Positions 36,352 through 45,597 of a stretch of 45,597 nt of DNA are shown here, piece after piece. The stretch lies in assembly GCA_020536535.1 (NCBI GenBank), contig JAHLWZ010000431.1:1-45597 (forward strand). The letters are read 5' to 3'. A program made the translations under genes and the position numbers. The notes below the pieces were generated by a model. The model was given only the letters and a program-made list of their open reading frames with translations, was not told the DNA's origin and ran no database searches. Source of the DNA: Pelomyxa schiedti. Taxonomy: Eukaryota; Protista; Evosea. Numbering within the stretch: position 1 is the first letter of the stretch; every line of letters starts with the position of its first letter.

Positions 36352-37288
36352 TTACAAAATGTTGCAGCAGCTGTTCATTTTTTTGGCATTAATCATAAAG
36401 GCTCTCGATTGGAAACTCAAATCATCACTCTTCTCCACCAATCTTTAGGCTTCATGAGCAAAATAAGCATGTAGAGACACCAGGACTCACCTTTCAAGTG
36501 AGTCACCACGCTCCAGAAGTTGATCAATGTTCTTAATCATAACACTCTTTGTCTCCTCCAGGTCTCTCTCTACTTTGGAGATAGGGTCCGCCCGGGCTGG
36601 GTCTTGGTACCTGAAAGACTTAAGTGTGTTTATGTCTGGAGGTATAGGGAGTACCGGGCTAAGAGTTCTGTCAATGCCGGAAATGGAATTTCCATATCAT
36701 GGGTTGCAGCCATGGCCGTGGCAGAGTGCTGTTGCCGGAATTCATCTAACACCCTCGAAAGCAAAGTGAAGGCCACTCTGGCTTGATAGTCTCCATCAGT
36801 TATAACTGTTACAGAAGTCTACATAAAGTTGGATTAAAGTTAAACCCTGTGTTGAGTTGCGTAGGTTTTTTTTTTTTTTTTTGTAAAAAAAAGAATAAAA
36901 AGGAGGTATACCCTGTCAGGGTGTGTGTATACGTGGCACAGGTAAGACCCATCACTTAATCTTACAATTTCCCTCTGGCCTGGCCCTGCACGGCTTGCTA
37001 CTTGTCGGCATCCAAACCTGTGTTAAAAAACTCATTAGGCCACAGAGAAAAATTCTAAGTTGTGCGGTTTTTATAATAACATGAATAGGTTTTTCGACTC
37101 AATAGTGATTTTTACAGTGCCGCAATTGAGAATACACACGTGCATATCTCCTTGACCGTACCGCGCTGGAAAAACCCAAACGAGGACAGCTCGAACGCCG
37201 ACGCCAATAATATTGCGGTGCCCGCTTCGCCTGTCGCAATTGTGGGTCCCGTCAACTGCCTGAACACCAATACCCCCAACAACTTCAT
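36352..37288 (-). CDS. YKT6: R-SNARE Ykt6 (longin + SNARE + CCaaX prenylation motif), 5 exons; absent from the ORF track
   Basis: Manual splice: MKLLGVLVFR..ELSSFGFFQRGTVKEICT/FGCRQVASRAGPGQR..YLCHVY../..TDGDYQARVAFTLL../YQDPARADPISKVERDLEETK..LLERGDSLE/RLVEKSDDLSFQSRAFMINAKKMNSCCNIL*. Confidence 0.95.
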
Positions 37289-37512
37289 TATGTGCTTGTT
37301 TTTTGTTCTGTGTTGATTTTGATTTCAATTTTTTTGTTTTTTTTTTCGTTTTTTCTTGTTTGTTTTCCCCAAATGAGATGTGATTCCCCCCAGTTGGTTT
37401 TTGGGATGGGGGTGCTGGGTGTAGGTGATTAGGGTGGTGGGTATTAGGTGATGGTGTTTGCTACGGCCCTGGTAAGAAAACTGTTTGTATGTACAAGGGC
37501 TTCCCTTGGGGT

Positions 37513-38962
37513 CTATGGATACAACACAGTTATGAGTAACCTGCATAACAACGTTATCGGTGAGGATTTACGTGAGCGGAGGTAGTACCGTAGTATTTGG
37601 TAAGTCTTCGCAGACGTTGGCGGGACTCGTCATCACCTGTTTATGAAATGTAAGATTGAATCCTGCTGTAAGCGGAGGTAAATACCTCCTGCAAAGGCTA
37701 GTTTGTACAAACGAACAGCCTCTCTGACATCCCTGCTAGTTCCTTTGGAGTATTCATAGCATGCGGCGAGATTTCTTTCTGCCAAGGGAACGTCTTGGGA
37801 AACACTCAACTTGTACCAGCGTACTGCTTCCTCCAGATTCCTTTCACAACCAGTGCCGTTTTCAAAGCAAACACCGATGTTGTTTTGTGCCATTGCATTA
37901 CCCTGAATTGCGGCAGAGTGGTACATTCTAAATCCATCTCTGTGGTCTTTGGGCACTCCATCTCCGTTTTGATACATCAAAGCCAGGTTATTTTGTGCCC
38001 AAGCATTTCCTTGTTCAGCTGAGAGCCGGTACAGGGTAAGGCTCTTCGCAAGATCTTTTTCAACGCCATCAGCATTCTTGTAACAATATCCCAGATTAAT
38101 CTGAGCCATTGGGTTTCCCAGGTCCGCAGCCTTTGTGTAGAGTCTCAGAGCTTCATCTCTGTTTGCCGGAGCCCCTTCACCGTTTTTCAGACACCAGCCC
38201 AGATTGTACATTCCCATAGAATGTAAATGCCGTGCGGCAATCGCGTAATGCTTCACTGCGAGAGTCATGTCCCTCTCCACACCCAAGCCTTTATCATATA
38301 GCATTCCATAGAGATATTCACCGGTCGCAATCATATTCTGGTGCGGTGAGTCTATAGCTCTCAGAACTACTTGCAAAAAGAACTCCTTGGAACCCTTGGA
38401 GCATCTCATTGCTTTAGTTAGCAATTCGGTCATTGGGTCTACAGTTCTCACAGGCTGAAGCTGCTGAAGAAGCTTGGGGCAATGGGTGTAAATGCACCTC
38501 ATCAGGAAATTTGCCATTGAATGAGTGACAGTCGAGGAAGAATTCAGCATCTCGGTACATTTTTTCAAGCACCGTGTATAATCGCCGCTACAGAAAAGCT
38601 CTAGTGTTTGCTGGGCGAATTCCGCTGTATTTTTTTAGTTTGTCAAATGAGATAAGTTCTTCCCTTTATCGTTTACTAGTATCACGAATTGGTTTCACTA
38701 CTATACTATACCGAAGATTAAACACCAAAAACGAATAGGTCATACAGCAAGGAACGTCGCCAACACAGCATTTCTCGCCACTAGTGCACAACGCCGATCG
38801 AGAAATCGCAGCAGAATCGTATGTAGCGGCAGGGAGATCCGACATCGGTGGAGGCGTACCGGTAACCGCCGCGTCGCTCTTTGTCGTAGTGCAAGGATCT
38901 CCATGCGCAACGCCGGAGATCTCGACGTTCATATCCGTGTTGTGGTCCCACCTGCCGCTCAT
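37513..38962 (-). CDS. Sel1-like repeat protein, 3 exons
   Basis: Main exon in ORF 37633..38568 (AQINLGYCYKNADGVEKD, AQNNLALMYQNGDGVPKD, AQNNIGVCFENGTG). Exon 1 MSGRWDH..VPC joins in phase 1; last exon GDDESRQRLRRL..LYP*. Confidence 0.88.
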
Positions 38963-39157
38963 TTCAACCAGCACCCACTTTTTTTGATTGATGAAATGAT
39001 GTTTGCTTTTCGGGGCGAATTGGGAGGCGCTGGCAGTGGCACCTTAGTTTGCCTGCAACAAAAAACAAAAAAGTAAAGAGGTTCTTCGATGGACATTAAT
39101 AAGGTCAGTATTAACAGAGGTGATAGATATGAGGGTTGTGTGTGTGTTATGAAGAGT

Positions 39158-39661
39158 TTAGTTCTTTGGGGGGACCACGTCACTTGTTTGTTTGTTTGCG
39201 TCGGGGGCCTGCGGCTTGTGGTCCACGTCGTTTTGTGGAGATATGTTGTCCTCGTTGTCCGGGGGAACAGAGATCTTGTCTTCGTCGTCCGGGGGGACAG
39301 ATATGTGGTCCTCGTCGTCGGGTGGTACAGATATGTTGTCCTCGTCGTCGGGTGGTACAGAGATGTTGTCTTCGTCGTCGGGGGGAACGGAGATGTTGTC
39401 TTCGTCGTCGGGCGGGACGGAGATGGTGTCCTCGTCGTCAGGGGGAACGGATATGTTGTCCTCGGTGTCGGGCGGTACGGACGTCGATTTCGCGTCGCTG
39501 TGAAGAACTTCGGGCGGGGGTTTTACTTCCTTTTCGGTGCCTTCGGTTTCGACGTCGACTTGCACCGAGGCCTTGTCGGTCGTGTTGACCAGCAACAAAT
39601 AGACTGTAATAGTGCCAATTACCAGCCCCACTCCTATCAAAAAGGTACTCTTGGACACCAT
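39158..39661 (-). CDS. Type II membrane-anchored acidic repeat protein, (SVPPDDEDNI)x8, 167 aa
   Basis: N-terminal hydrophobic helix FLIGVGLVIGTITVYLLLV followed by eight 30-bp tandem repeats; ORF preserved in both duplicated copies. Confidence 0.7.
   Translation of the reverse strand: MVSKSTFLIGVGLVIGTITVYLLLVNTTDKASVQVDVETEGTEKEVKPPPEVLHSDAKSTSVPPDTEDNISVPPDDEDTISVPPDDEDNISVPPDDEDNISVPPDDEDNISVPPDDEDHISVPPDDEDKISVPPDNEDNISPQNDVDHKPQAPDANKQTSDVVPPKN
39241..39482 (-). repeat. 30-bp coding minisatellite, 8 units
   Basis: agatgttgtc(c/t)tcgtcgtcgg..ac units seen directly. Confidence 0.92.
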
Positions 39662-39834
39662 CGTCGCCGACTTTTTTTTTTGTTGTCTACGGGAAAAATC
39701 AATAGATTTTCTTCTTCCGCTGCCGTTCACGAAAACCCCGTCACCCTGATTGATGACACTGGTTGCCTGAGGCTTGTTTCGACCCAACGTGTCACAGGAG
39801 ATCTTCATTCATTACCTCTTTTAAACCTGACTCT

Positions 39835-40905
39835 ATGAGTGGGTCCAGCAATGCTAGGGACCAACACGTAGCAACGACGGCCTCAACAGCAGCAACAGGG
39901 CGTAAGCGTACACGTAACAGTGGGAAGCGAGGAGGAGGAGATGACAGAGGGGGTGTTACGGGAGTTAGCGGCGCATCGATCGGTGGGTTTGGTGCCAGTT
40001 TGAACGCGTTGGGAGGCGGAGGGGGGGCACTGCCACCGGGCTACGAGGGGTTCGTGCGACCGCCCTTGCCGCCACCGAGTAGAATGCCTCTGGACGCTGT
40101 TGCTTTGTGCAAACCTTACCCGCACGTGCCGATTCCCCGCAGTTTTTTTTAGTTTTCTTATCTCGCTTGCTGCAGGAAACTGGGGTCGCCTGATATGCAA
40201 GTGCCGTTTATCACTAGGCAACTAAGTCTGTTTGTAATTGGATCGGCTAATCCTCCTTCAAGAGCCCTACAACAACACCAACCAGCACGTCTCCCACACA
40301 TCCAGGACCCACATTCAATTTGGGACGAGTTTGACAAAGATACCACCGAACCCGTTTCACTCTCTCCCCTCTCTCCGTCCTCTCCGCATTGTGGGGCTCC
40401 TAACATACAACCCACACAAATAGTACAACCCCCAGCAACGCACGCACAAGAACAATCTGTAAAACAACCGGCACAACCCCCGGAACAAATACAACCACCA
40501 CAATCCTCACCGGAGCATGCCCAAGTAATACCCCCACAGAAACCCAAGCTATACGTACACAAGCCCCACAAGCGAAAGTTCCCCGTATGGCCGGTTGCAA
40601 ACCCCAATTCAGCTGGCAACCCACAAGCGCCACAATCTCTACAACAGCAGCAACAACCCCCGTCCAGAGAACAAGTACCCTCCTCCGGCATGTTCGTCAA
40701 AGGCAAGAAAGCCTTCAGAATGGCCACAGGCGTTGTTGTTATGCAATGGCCTCCCATTCACCACACCAACAAGCCAAACCCAAACCATACTAGTAACAAC
40801 CTTAATAAACCACCAAGCACTCACCCCACAACTAAAACAAACAACAACATGCCCCATGCTGTCCCCAACACAAACACCACACCACCACCCAATGACAATC
40901 CCTGA
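39835..40905 (+). CDS. Hypothetical Pro/Gln-rich protein, probably 2 exons
   Basis: MSGSSNARDQ..RKRTR (NLS-like)..KPYP joined to KLGSPDMQVPFITRQLSLF..; exonic indels between the two copies preserve frame. Confidence 0.6.
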
Positions 40906-41010
40906 TCACTAGGTCTATATCACACTGCCACAACACCTTAACGTGAATTCAAGGAAATTGGGTGATTCGTAACGAAAACCAATTTCGTTACAAAGAAAAA
41001 ACGAAAAAAA

Positions 41011-42066
41011 ATGTCGTCATCACCAGACGACGCGACCAACACCAGGTCAGAGACAGCAGCAGCAGCAGAAGCAGCAGCAGCAGCAACTACAACGTGCGAC
41101 GATGGCTGCGCCGATGAGACCATCACAGGGGGCCCCGCGAGGCCGCAGGGCCCCGCAACCACAACAACAACCCCCCGCGTACCAGTAGTACCAGCAGCAC
41201 CGGCCGCGGTAACAACCCCCCGGGAGACCGGCGAGACTAGCTTGTCCAGCGACGTGAGTGGCGAGAACGCGGCGGCGGTTGTGGTGCAGGGGGAGGAGGG
41301 CGAGGAGGAGGAGGAGGAGGGGGCCCAAGGAGAGCCTGCTGCGTCGGAGAGCGCCGGTGGCCGCACGGCCCCAGGCCAGACTGCCAACGCACGAGGGGGA
41401 GGCGGCGGAGGCGGGCGGGACGAAACGGCCAACGACGGCGGGGCCCGGGAACCCACCGAGGGGGAAGAAGAGCACGCACGCGCGAGGAGCGAGAACCGCG
41501 GCACCGGCGGCGGCGACGAGCGAGATGGCGGCGCGGAGCGAGATGGAGACGCAGAGGGCAGCAGTGCCGCCGCCGCCACCACAGCACGAACGAATACTCT
41601 TGGTGCACCCGAAACGAAGGATGGCACGGGGGGGGCCACCAGCACACGCGACGGGTACGCGGACCCCACGGCACCCGGCGGCGCCGCCGCCGCCGTAGCA
41701 GCTTCTGCTCATCACCCCCATCAACGTCAACATCACCAGCAGGGTGCCGCGGCAGCACCGGGCACGACGGTGGCGGAGGGCTCCCAAGGGGGGTGCACGA
41801 GCGACGCCGCAGCCGCACTTGTTGTTGGTCCCACGGAACCAGACGCACCCCCGCCGCCGCCACTCGACGCCGATGCCAATCGGGCCTCCGGCTCATCCAC
41901 AGTCTCGGACTTAGCTTCTCCCACTGCGACGAAATCGGAAACCGAGGAGACAGTGGGGGCCAGGAACGACCACCTCGACGGAGCTGCACATTGCGTAGCT
42001 GTACGTTGCCACTCGTCGCTTTTATCTTATACAGTTTTACTATGTTTCACTCATTCAAGAAAGTAG
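41011..42066 (+). CDS. Hypothetical low-complexity (Ala/Gly/Glu/Thr-rich) first exon, probably truncated by the gap
   Basis: GC-rich 351-aa ORF; indels against copy 2 preserve frame; composition turns AT-rich after ~41995, suggesting an intron. Confidence 0.55.
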   Translation: MSSSPDDATNTRSETAAAAEAAAAATTTCDDGCADETITGGPARPQGPATTTTTPRVPVVPAAPAAVTTPRETGETSLSSDVSGENAAAVVVQGEEGEEEEEEGAQGEPAASESAGGRTAPGQTANARGGGGGGGRDETANDGGAREPTEGEEEHARARSENRGTGGGDERDGGAERDGDAEGSSAAAATTARTNTLGAPETKDGTGGATSTRDGYADPTAPGGAAAAVAASAHHPHQRQHHQQGAAAAPGTTVAEGSQGGCTSDAAAALVVGPTEPDAPPPPPLDADANRASGSSTVSDLASPTATKSETEETVGARNDHLDGAAHCVAVRCHSSLLSYTVLLCFTHSRK

Positions 42067-42099
42067 GAAGTCACTTTCAAAAAAGTTGGGGAAACCAAT

Positions 42100-42199
42100 N
42101 NNNNNNNNNNNNNNNNNNNNNNNNNNNNNNNNNNNNNNNNNNNNNNNNNNNNNNNNNNNNNNNNNNNNNNNNNNNNNNNNNNNNNNNNNNNNNNNNNNN
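42100..42199. other. Scaffold gap (100 N)
   Basis: Seen directly. Confidence 0.99.
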
Positions 42200-42657
42200 A
42201 CTATACTATACCGAAGATTAAACACCAAAAACGAATAGGTCATACAGCAAGGAACGTCGCCAACACAGCATTTCTCGCCACTAGTGCACAACGCCGATCG
42301 AGAAATCGCAGCAGAATCGTCTGTAGCGGCAGGGAGATCCGACATCGGTGGAGGCGTACCGGTAACCGCCGCGTCGCTCTTTGTCGTAGTGCAAGGATCT
42401 CCACGCGCAACGCCGGAGATCTCGACGTTCATATCCGTGTTGTGGTCCCACCTGCCGCTCATTTCGACCAGCACCCACTTTTTTTGATTGATGATATGAT
42501 GTTTGCTTTTCGGGGCGAATTGGGAGGCGCCGGCAGTGGCACCTTAGTTTGCCTGCAACAAAAAACAAAAAAGTAAAGAGGTTCTTCGATGGACATTAAT
42601 AAGGTCAGTATTAACAGAGGTGATAGAGATGAGGGTTGTGTGTGTGTTATGAAGAGT

Positions 42658-43161
42658 TTAGTTCTTTGGGGGGACCACGTCACTTGTTTGTTTGTTTGCG
42701 TCGGGGGCCTGCGGCTTGTGGTCCACGTCGTTTTGTGGAGATATGGTGTCGTCGTTGTCCGGGGGAACAGAGATCTTGTCTTCGTCGTCCGGGGGGACAG
42801 ATATGTTGTCCTCGTCGTCGGGTGGTACAGAGATGTTGTCCTCGTCGTCGGGGGGAACGGAGATGTTGTCTTCGTCGTCGGGTGGAACGGAGATGTTGTC
42901 TTCGTCGTCCGGCGGGACGGAGATGTTGTCCTCGTCGTCAGGGGGAACGGATATGTTGTCCTCGGTGTCGGGCGGTACGGACGTCGATTTCGCGTCGCTG
43001 TGAAGAACTTCGGGCGGGGGTTTTACTTCCTTTTCGGTGCCTTCGTTTTCGACGTCGACTTGTACCGAGGCCTTGTCGGTCGTGTTGACCAGCAACAAAT
43101 AGACTGTAATAGTGCCAATTACCAGCCCCACTCCTATCAAAAAGGTACTCTTGGACACCAT
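42658..43161 (-). CDS. Acidic repeat membrane protein, second copy/allele
   Basis: 167-aa ORF near-identical to 39158..39661. Confidence 0.7.
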   Translation of the reverse strand: MVSKSTFLIGVGLVIGTITVYLLLVNTTDKASVQVDVENEGTEKEVKPPPEVLHSDAKSTSVPPDTEDNISVPPDDEDNISVPPDDEDNISVPPDDEDNISVPPDDEDNISVPPDDEDNISVPPDDEDKISVPPDNDDTISPQNDVDHKPQAPDANKQTSDVVPPKN

Positions 43162-43341
43162 CGTTGTCGGCGACTTTTTTTTTATTCTATTATTCTATTC
43201 TATTAATTTTCGATTTTCTTCTTCCGCTGCCGTTCACGAAAACCTCGTCACCCTGATTGATGACACTAGTTGCCTGAGGCTTGTTTCGACCCAACGTGTC
43301 AAAGGAGATCTTCATTCATTACCTCTATAAAACCTGACTCT

Positions 43342-44448
43342 ATGAGTGGGTCCAGCAATGCTAGGGACCAACACGTAGCAACGACGGCCTCAACAGCAGC
43401 AACAGGGCGTAAGCGTACACGTAACAGTGGGAAGCGAGGAGGGGATGACAGAGGGGGTGTTACGGGAGTTAGCGGCGCATCGATCGGTGGGTTTGGTGCC
43501 AGTTTGAACGCGTTGGGAGGCGGAGGGGCACTGCCACCGGGCTACGAGGGGTTCGTGCGATCGCCCTTGCCGCCACCGAGTAGAATGCCTCTGGACGCTG
43601 TTGCTTTGTGCAAACCTTATCCGCACGTGCCGATTCCCCCCGCAGTTTTTTTTAGTTTTCTTATCTCGCTTGCTGCTTGTTGGCTAATTTAATGCTGCAG
43701 GAAACTGGGGTCGCCTGATATGCAAGTGCCGTTTATCACTAGGCAACTAAGTCTGTTTGTAATTGGATCGGCTAATCCTCCTTCAAGAGCCCTAAAACAA
43801 CAACAACCAGCACGTCTCCCACACATCCAGGACCCACATTCAATTTGGGACGAGTTTGACAAAGATACCACCGAACCCGTTTCACTCTCTCCGTCCTCGC
43901 CACATTGTGGGGCTCCTAACATACAACCCACCCAAATAGTACAACCCCCAGCAACGCACGCACACGCACAATTTCAATCCTCACAAGAACAATCTGTCAA
44001 ACAACCGTTACAACCCCCGGAACAAATACAAGCACCACAATCCTCACCGGAACATGCAGTCCAAGTAACACCCCCACCACCACAGAAACCCAAGCTATAC
44101 GTACACAAGCCCCACAAGCGAAAGTTCCCCGTCTGGCCGATTGCAAACCCCAATTCAGCTGGCAACCCACAAGCGCCACAATCACTACAACAGCAGCAGC
44201 AACCCCCGTCCAGAGAACAAGTACCCTCCTCCGGCATGTTCGTCAAAGGCAAGAAAGCCTTCAGAATGGCCACAGGCGTTGTTGTTATGCAATGGCCCCC
44301 CATTCACCACACCAACAAGCCAAACCATACTAGTAACAACATTAATAATAAACCACCAAGCACTCACCCCACAACTAAACCAAACAACAACATGCCCCAT
44401 GCTGTCCCCAACACAAACACCGCACCACCACCCAATGACAATCCCTGA
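43342..44448 (+). CDS. Hypothetical Pro/Gln-rich protein, second copy/allele
   Basis: Homologous to 39835..40905. Confidence 0.6.
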
Positions 44449-44553
44449 TCACTAGGTCTATATCACACCGGCACAACAACACCTTAACGTGAATTCAAGG
44501 AAATTGGATGATTCGCCAAAACCAATTTCGTTACAAAGAAAAAACGAAATAAA

Positions 44554-45564
44554 ATGTCGTCATCACCAGACCACGACGCGACCAACACCAGGTCAGAGAC
44601 AGCAGCAGCAGCAACTACAACGTGCGACGATGGCTGCGCCGATGAGACCATCACAGGGGGCCCCGCGAGGCCCCAGGGCCCCGCAACCACAACAACCACA
44701 ACAACAACTCGCGTAGCGGTAGCAGCACCAGCCGCGGTAGCGATCCCAGAGACCGGCGAGACTAGCTTGTCCAGCGACGGTGGCGAGAACGCGGCGGCGG
44801 TTGTGGTGCAGGGGGAGGAGGAAGAGGAGGAGGCCCAAGGAGAGCCTGATGCGTCGGAGAGCGCCGGTGGCCGCACGGCCCCAGGCCAGACTGCCAACGC
44901 ACGAGGGGGCGGCTCGCGGGACGAAACGGCCAGCGACCGCGGCGCCCGGGGGCCCGCCGAGGGGGAAGGAGCGCAACACGCATGCGCGAGGAGCGAGAAC
45001 CGCGGCACCGGCAGCAGCGACGAGCGAGATGGTGACGCGGAGCGAGAGGGAGAGGCAGAGGGCAGCAGTGCCGCCGCCACCACAACACGGACGAATACTG
45101 CTGCACCCGAAACGAAGGATGGCACGGGGGGGGCCACCAGCACACGCGACGGGTACGCGGACCCCACGGCAACCGGCAGCGCCGCCGCCGTAGCAGCTTC
45201 TGCTCATCCTCATCACCAACATCAACATCACCAGCAGGGTGCCGCGGCAGCACCGGGCACGACGGTGGCGGAGGGCCCCCAAGGGGGCTTCACGAGCGAC
45301 GCCGCAGCCGCACTTGTTGTTGGTCCCACGGAACCCGACGCACCCCCGCCGCCGCCGCCGCTCGATGTAGATGCCAATCGGGGCTCCGGCTCATCCACAG
45401 TCCCGGACTTAGCTTCTCCCACTGCGATGAAATCGGAAACCGAGGAGACAGTGGGGGCCATGAACGACCTCCTTGGCGGAGCTGCACATTGCGTAGCTGT
45501 ACGTTGCCACTCGTCGCTTTTATCTTATACAGTTTTACTATGTTTCACTCATTCAAGAAAGTAG
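44554..45564 (+). CDS. Hypothetical low-complexity protein, second copy/allele
   Basis: Homologous to 41011..42066. Confidence 0.55.
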   Translation: MSSSPDHDATNTRSETAAAATTTCDDGCADETITGGPARPQGPATTTTTTTTRVAVAAPAAVAIPETGETSLSSDGGENAAAVVVQGEEEEEEAQGEPDASESAGGRTAPGQTANARGGGSRDETASDRGARGPAEGEGAQHACARSENRGTGSSDERDGDAEREGEAEGSSAAATTTRTNTAAPETKDGTGGATSTRDGYADPTATGSAAAVAASAHPHHQHQHHQQGAAAAPGTTVAEGPQGGFTSDAAAALVVGPTEPDAPPPPPPLDVDANRGSGSSTVPDLASPTAMKSETEETVGAMNDLLGGAAHCVAVRCHSSLLSYTVLLCFTHSRK

Positions 45565-45597
45565 GAAGTCACTTTCAAAAAAGTTGGGGAAACCAAT

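Larger units (their letters stand above)
38700..42099. repeat. 3.4-kb duplicated block, copy 1
   Basis: Colinear with 42200..45597 from actatactataccgaag to ttggggaaaccaat, with SNPs and small indels. Confidence 0.95.
42200..45597. repeat. 3.4-kb duplicated block, copy 2 (probable alternative haplotype)
   Basis: Starts at the gap edge inside the Sel1 intron and ends on the same bases as copy 1. Confidence 0.95.

Noticed and set aside
39241-39482. CRISPR-like regular repeats
   Set aside because: Contiguous 30-bp units with no unique spacers, in-frame coding, no cas genes, eukaryotic context.
39089-39838. Val-rich repeat ORF on the + strand (also 42589..43206)
   Set aside because: Antisense shadow of the acidic repeat gene; its 3' end is not conserved between the two copies.
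40938-41989. Several long overlapping ORFs on both strands (also 44484..45487, 12728..13501, 22350..23155)
   Set aside because: Expected stop-codon scarcity in GC-rich low-complexity exons; no independent domain signal.

Overview
Gene-dense eukaryotic DNA with many short (~40-170 nt) GT-AG introns and two 100-N scaffold gaps; no prokaryotic operons, CRISPR arrays, rRNA or tRNA were seen. The gene-family content suggests an amoebozoan protist such as Pelomyxa (inference, not verified). Intact multi-exon housekeeping genes (DIMT1, MFAP1, a 3-LIM protein, a RasGEF, YKT6) are interleaved with expanded families: (i) six copies of an intronless family with an N-terminal 'A-R-D/E-Q-F-x-A-L...P-R-C-G' motif; (ii) five paralogous F-box-like + RCC1-repeat genes, four in a head-to-tail array; (iii) two Sel1-repeat genes; (iv) a MORN-coiled coil-UBL-like-TKL kinase; (v) an ankyrin + DUF202/Vtc1-like membrane protein. 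The best novelty candidate is the F-box-like/RCC1 cluster: its copies are patchworks of each other, differ in intron presence at two sites and in loop sequence, and three of five are frameshifted. This would fit a recombination-diversified repertoire of ubiquitin-ligase substrate receptors. The last ~7 kb is a 3.4-kb block present twice across a gap, probably two haplotypes. All exon structures were inferred by hand.
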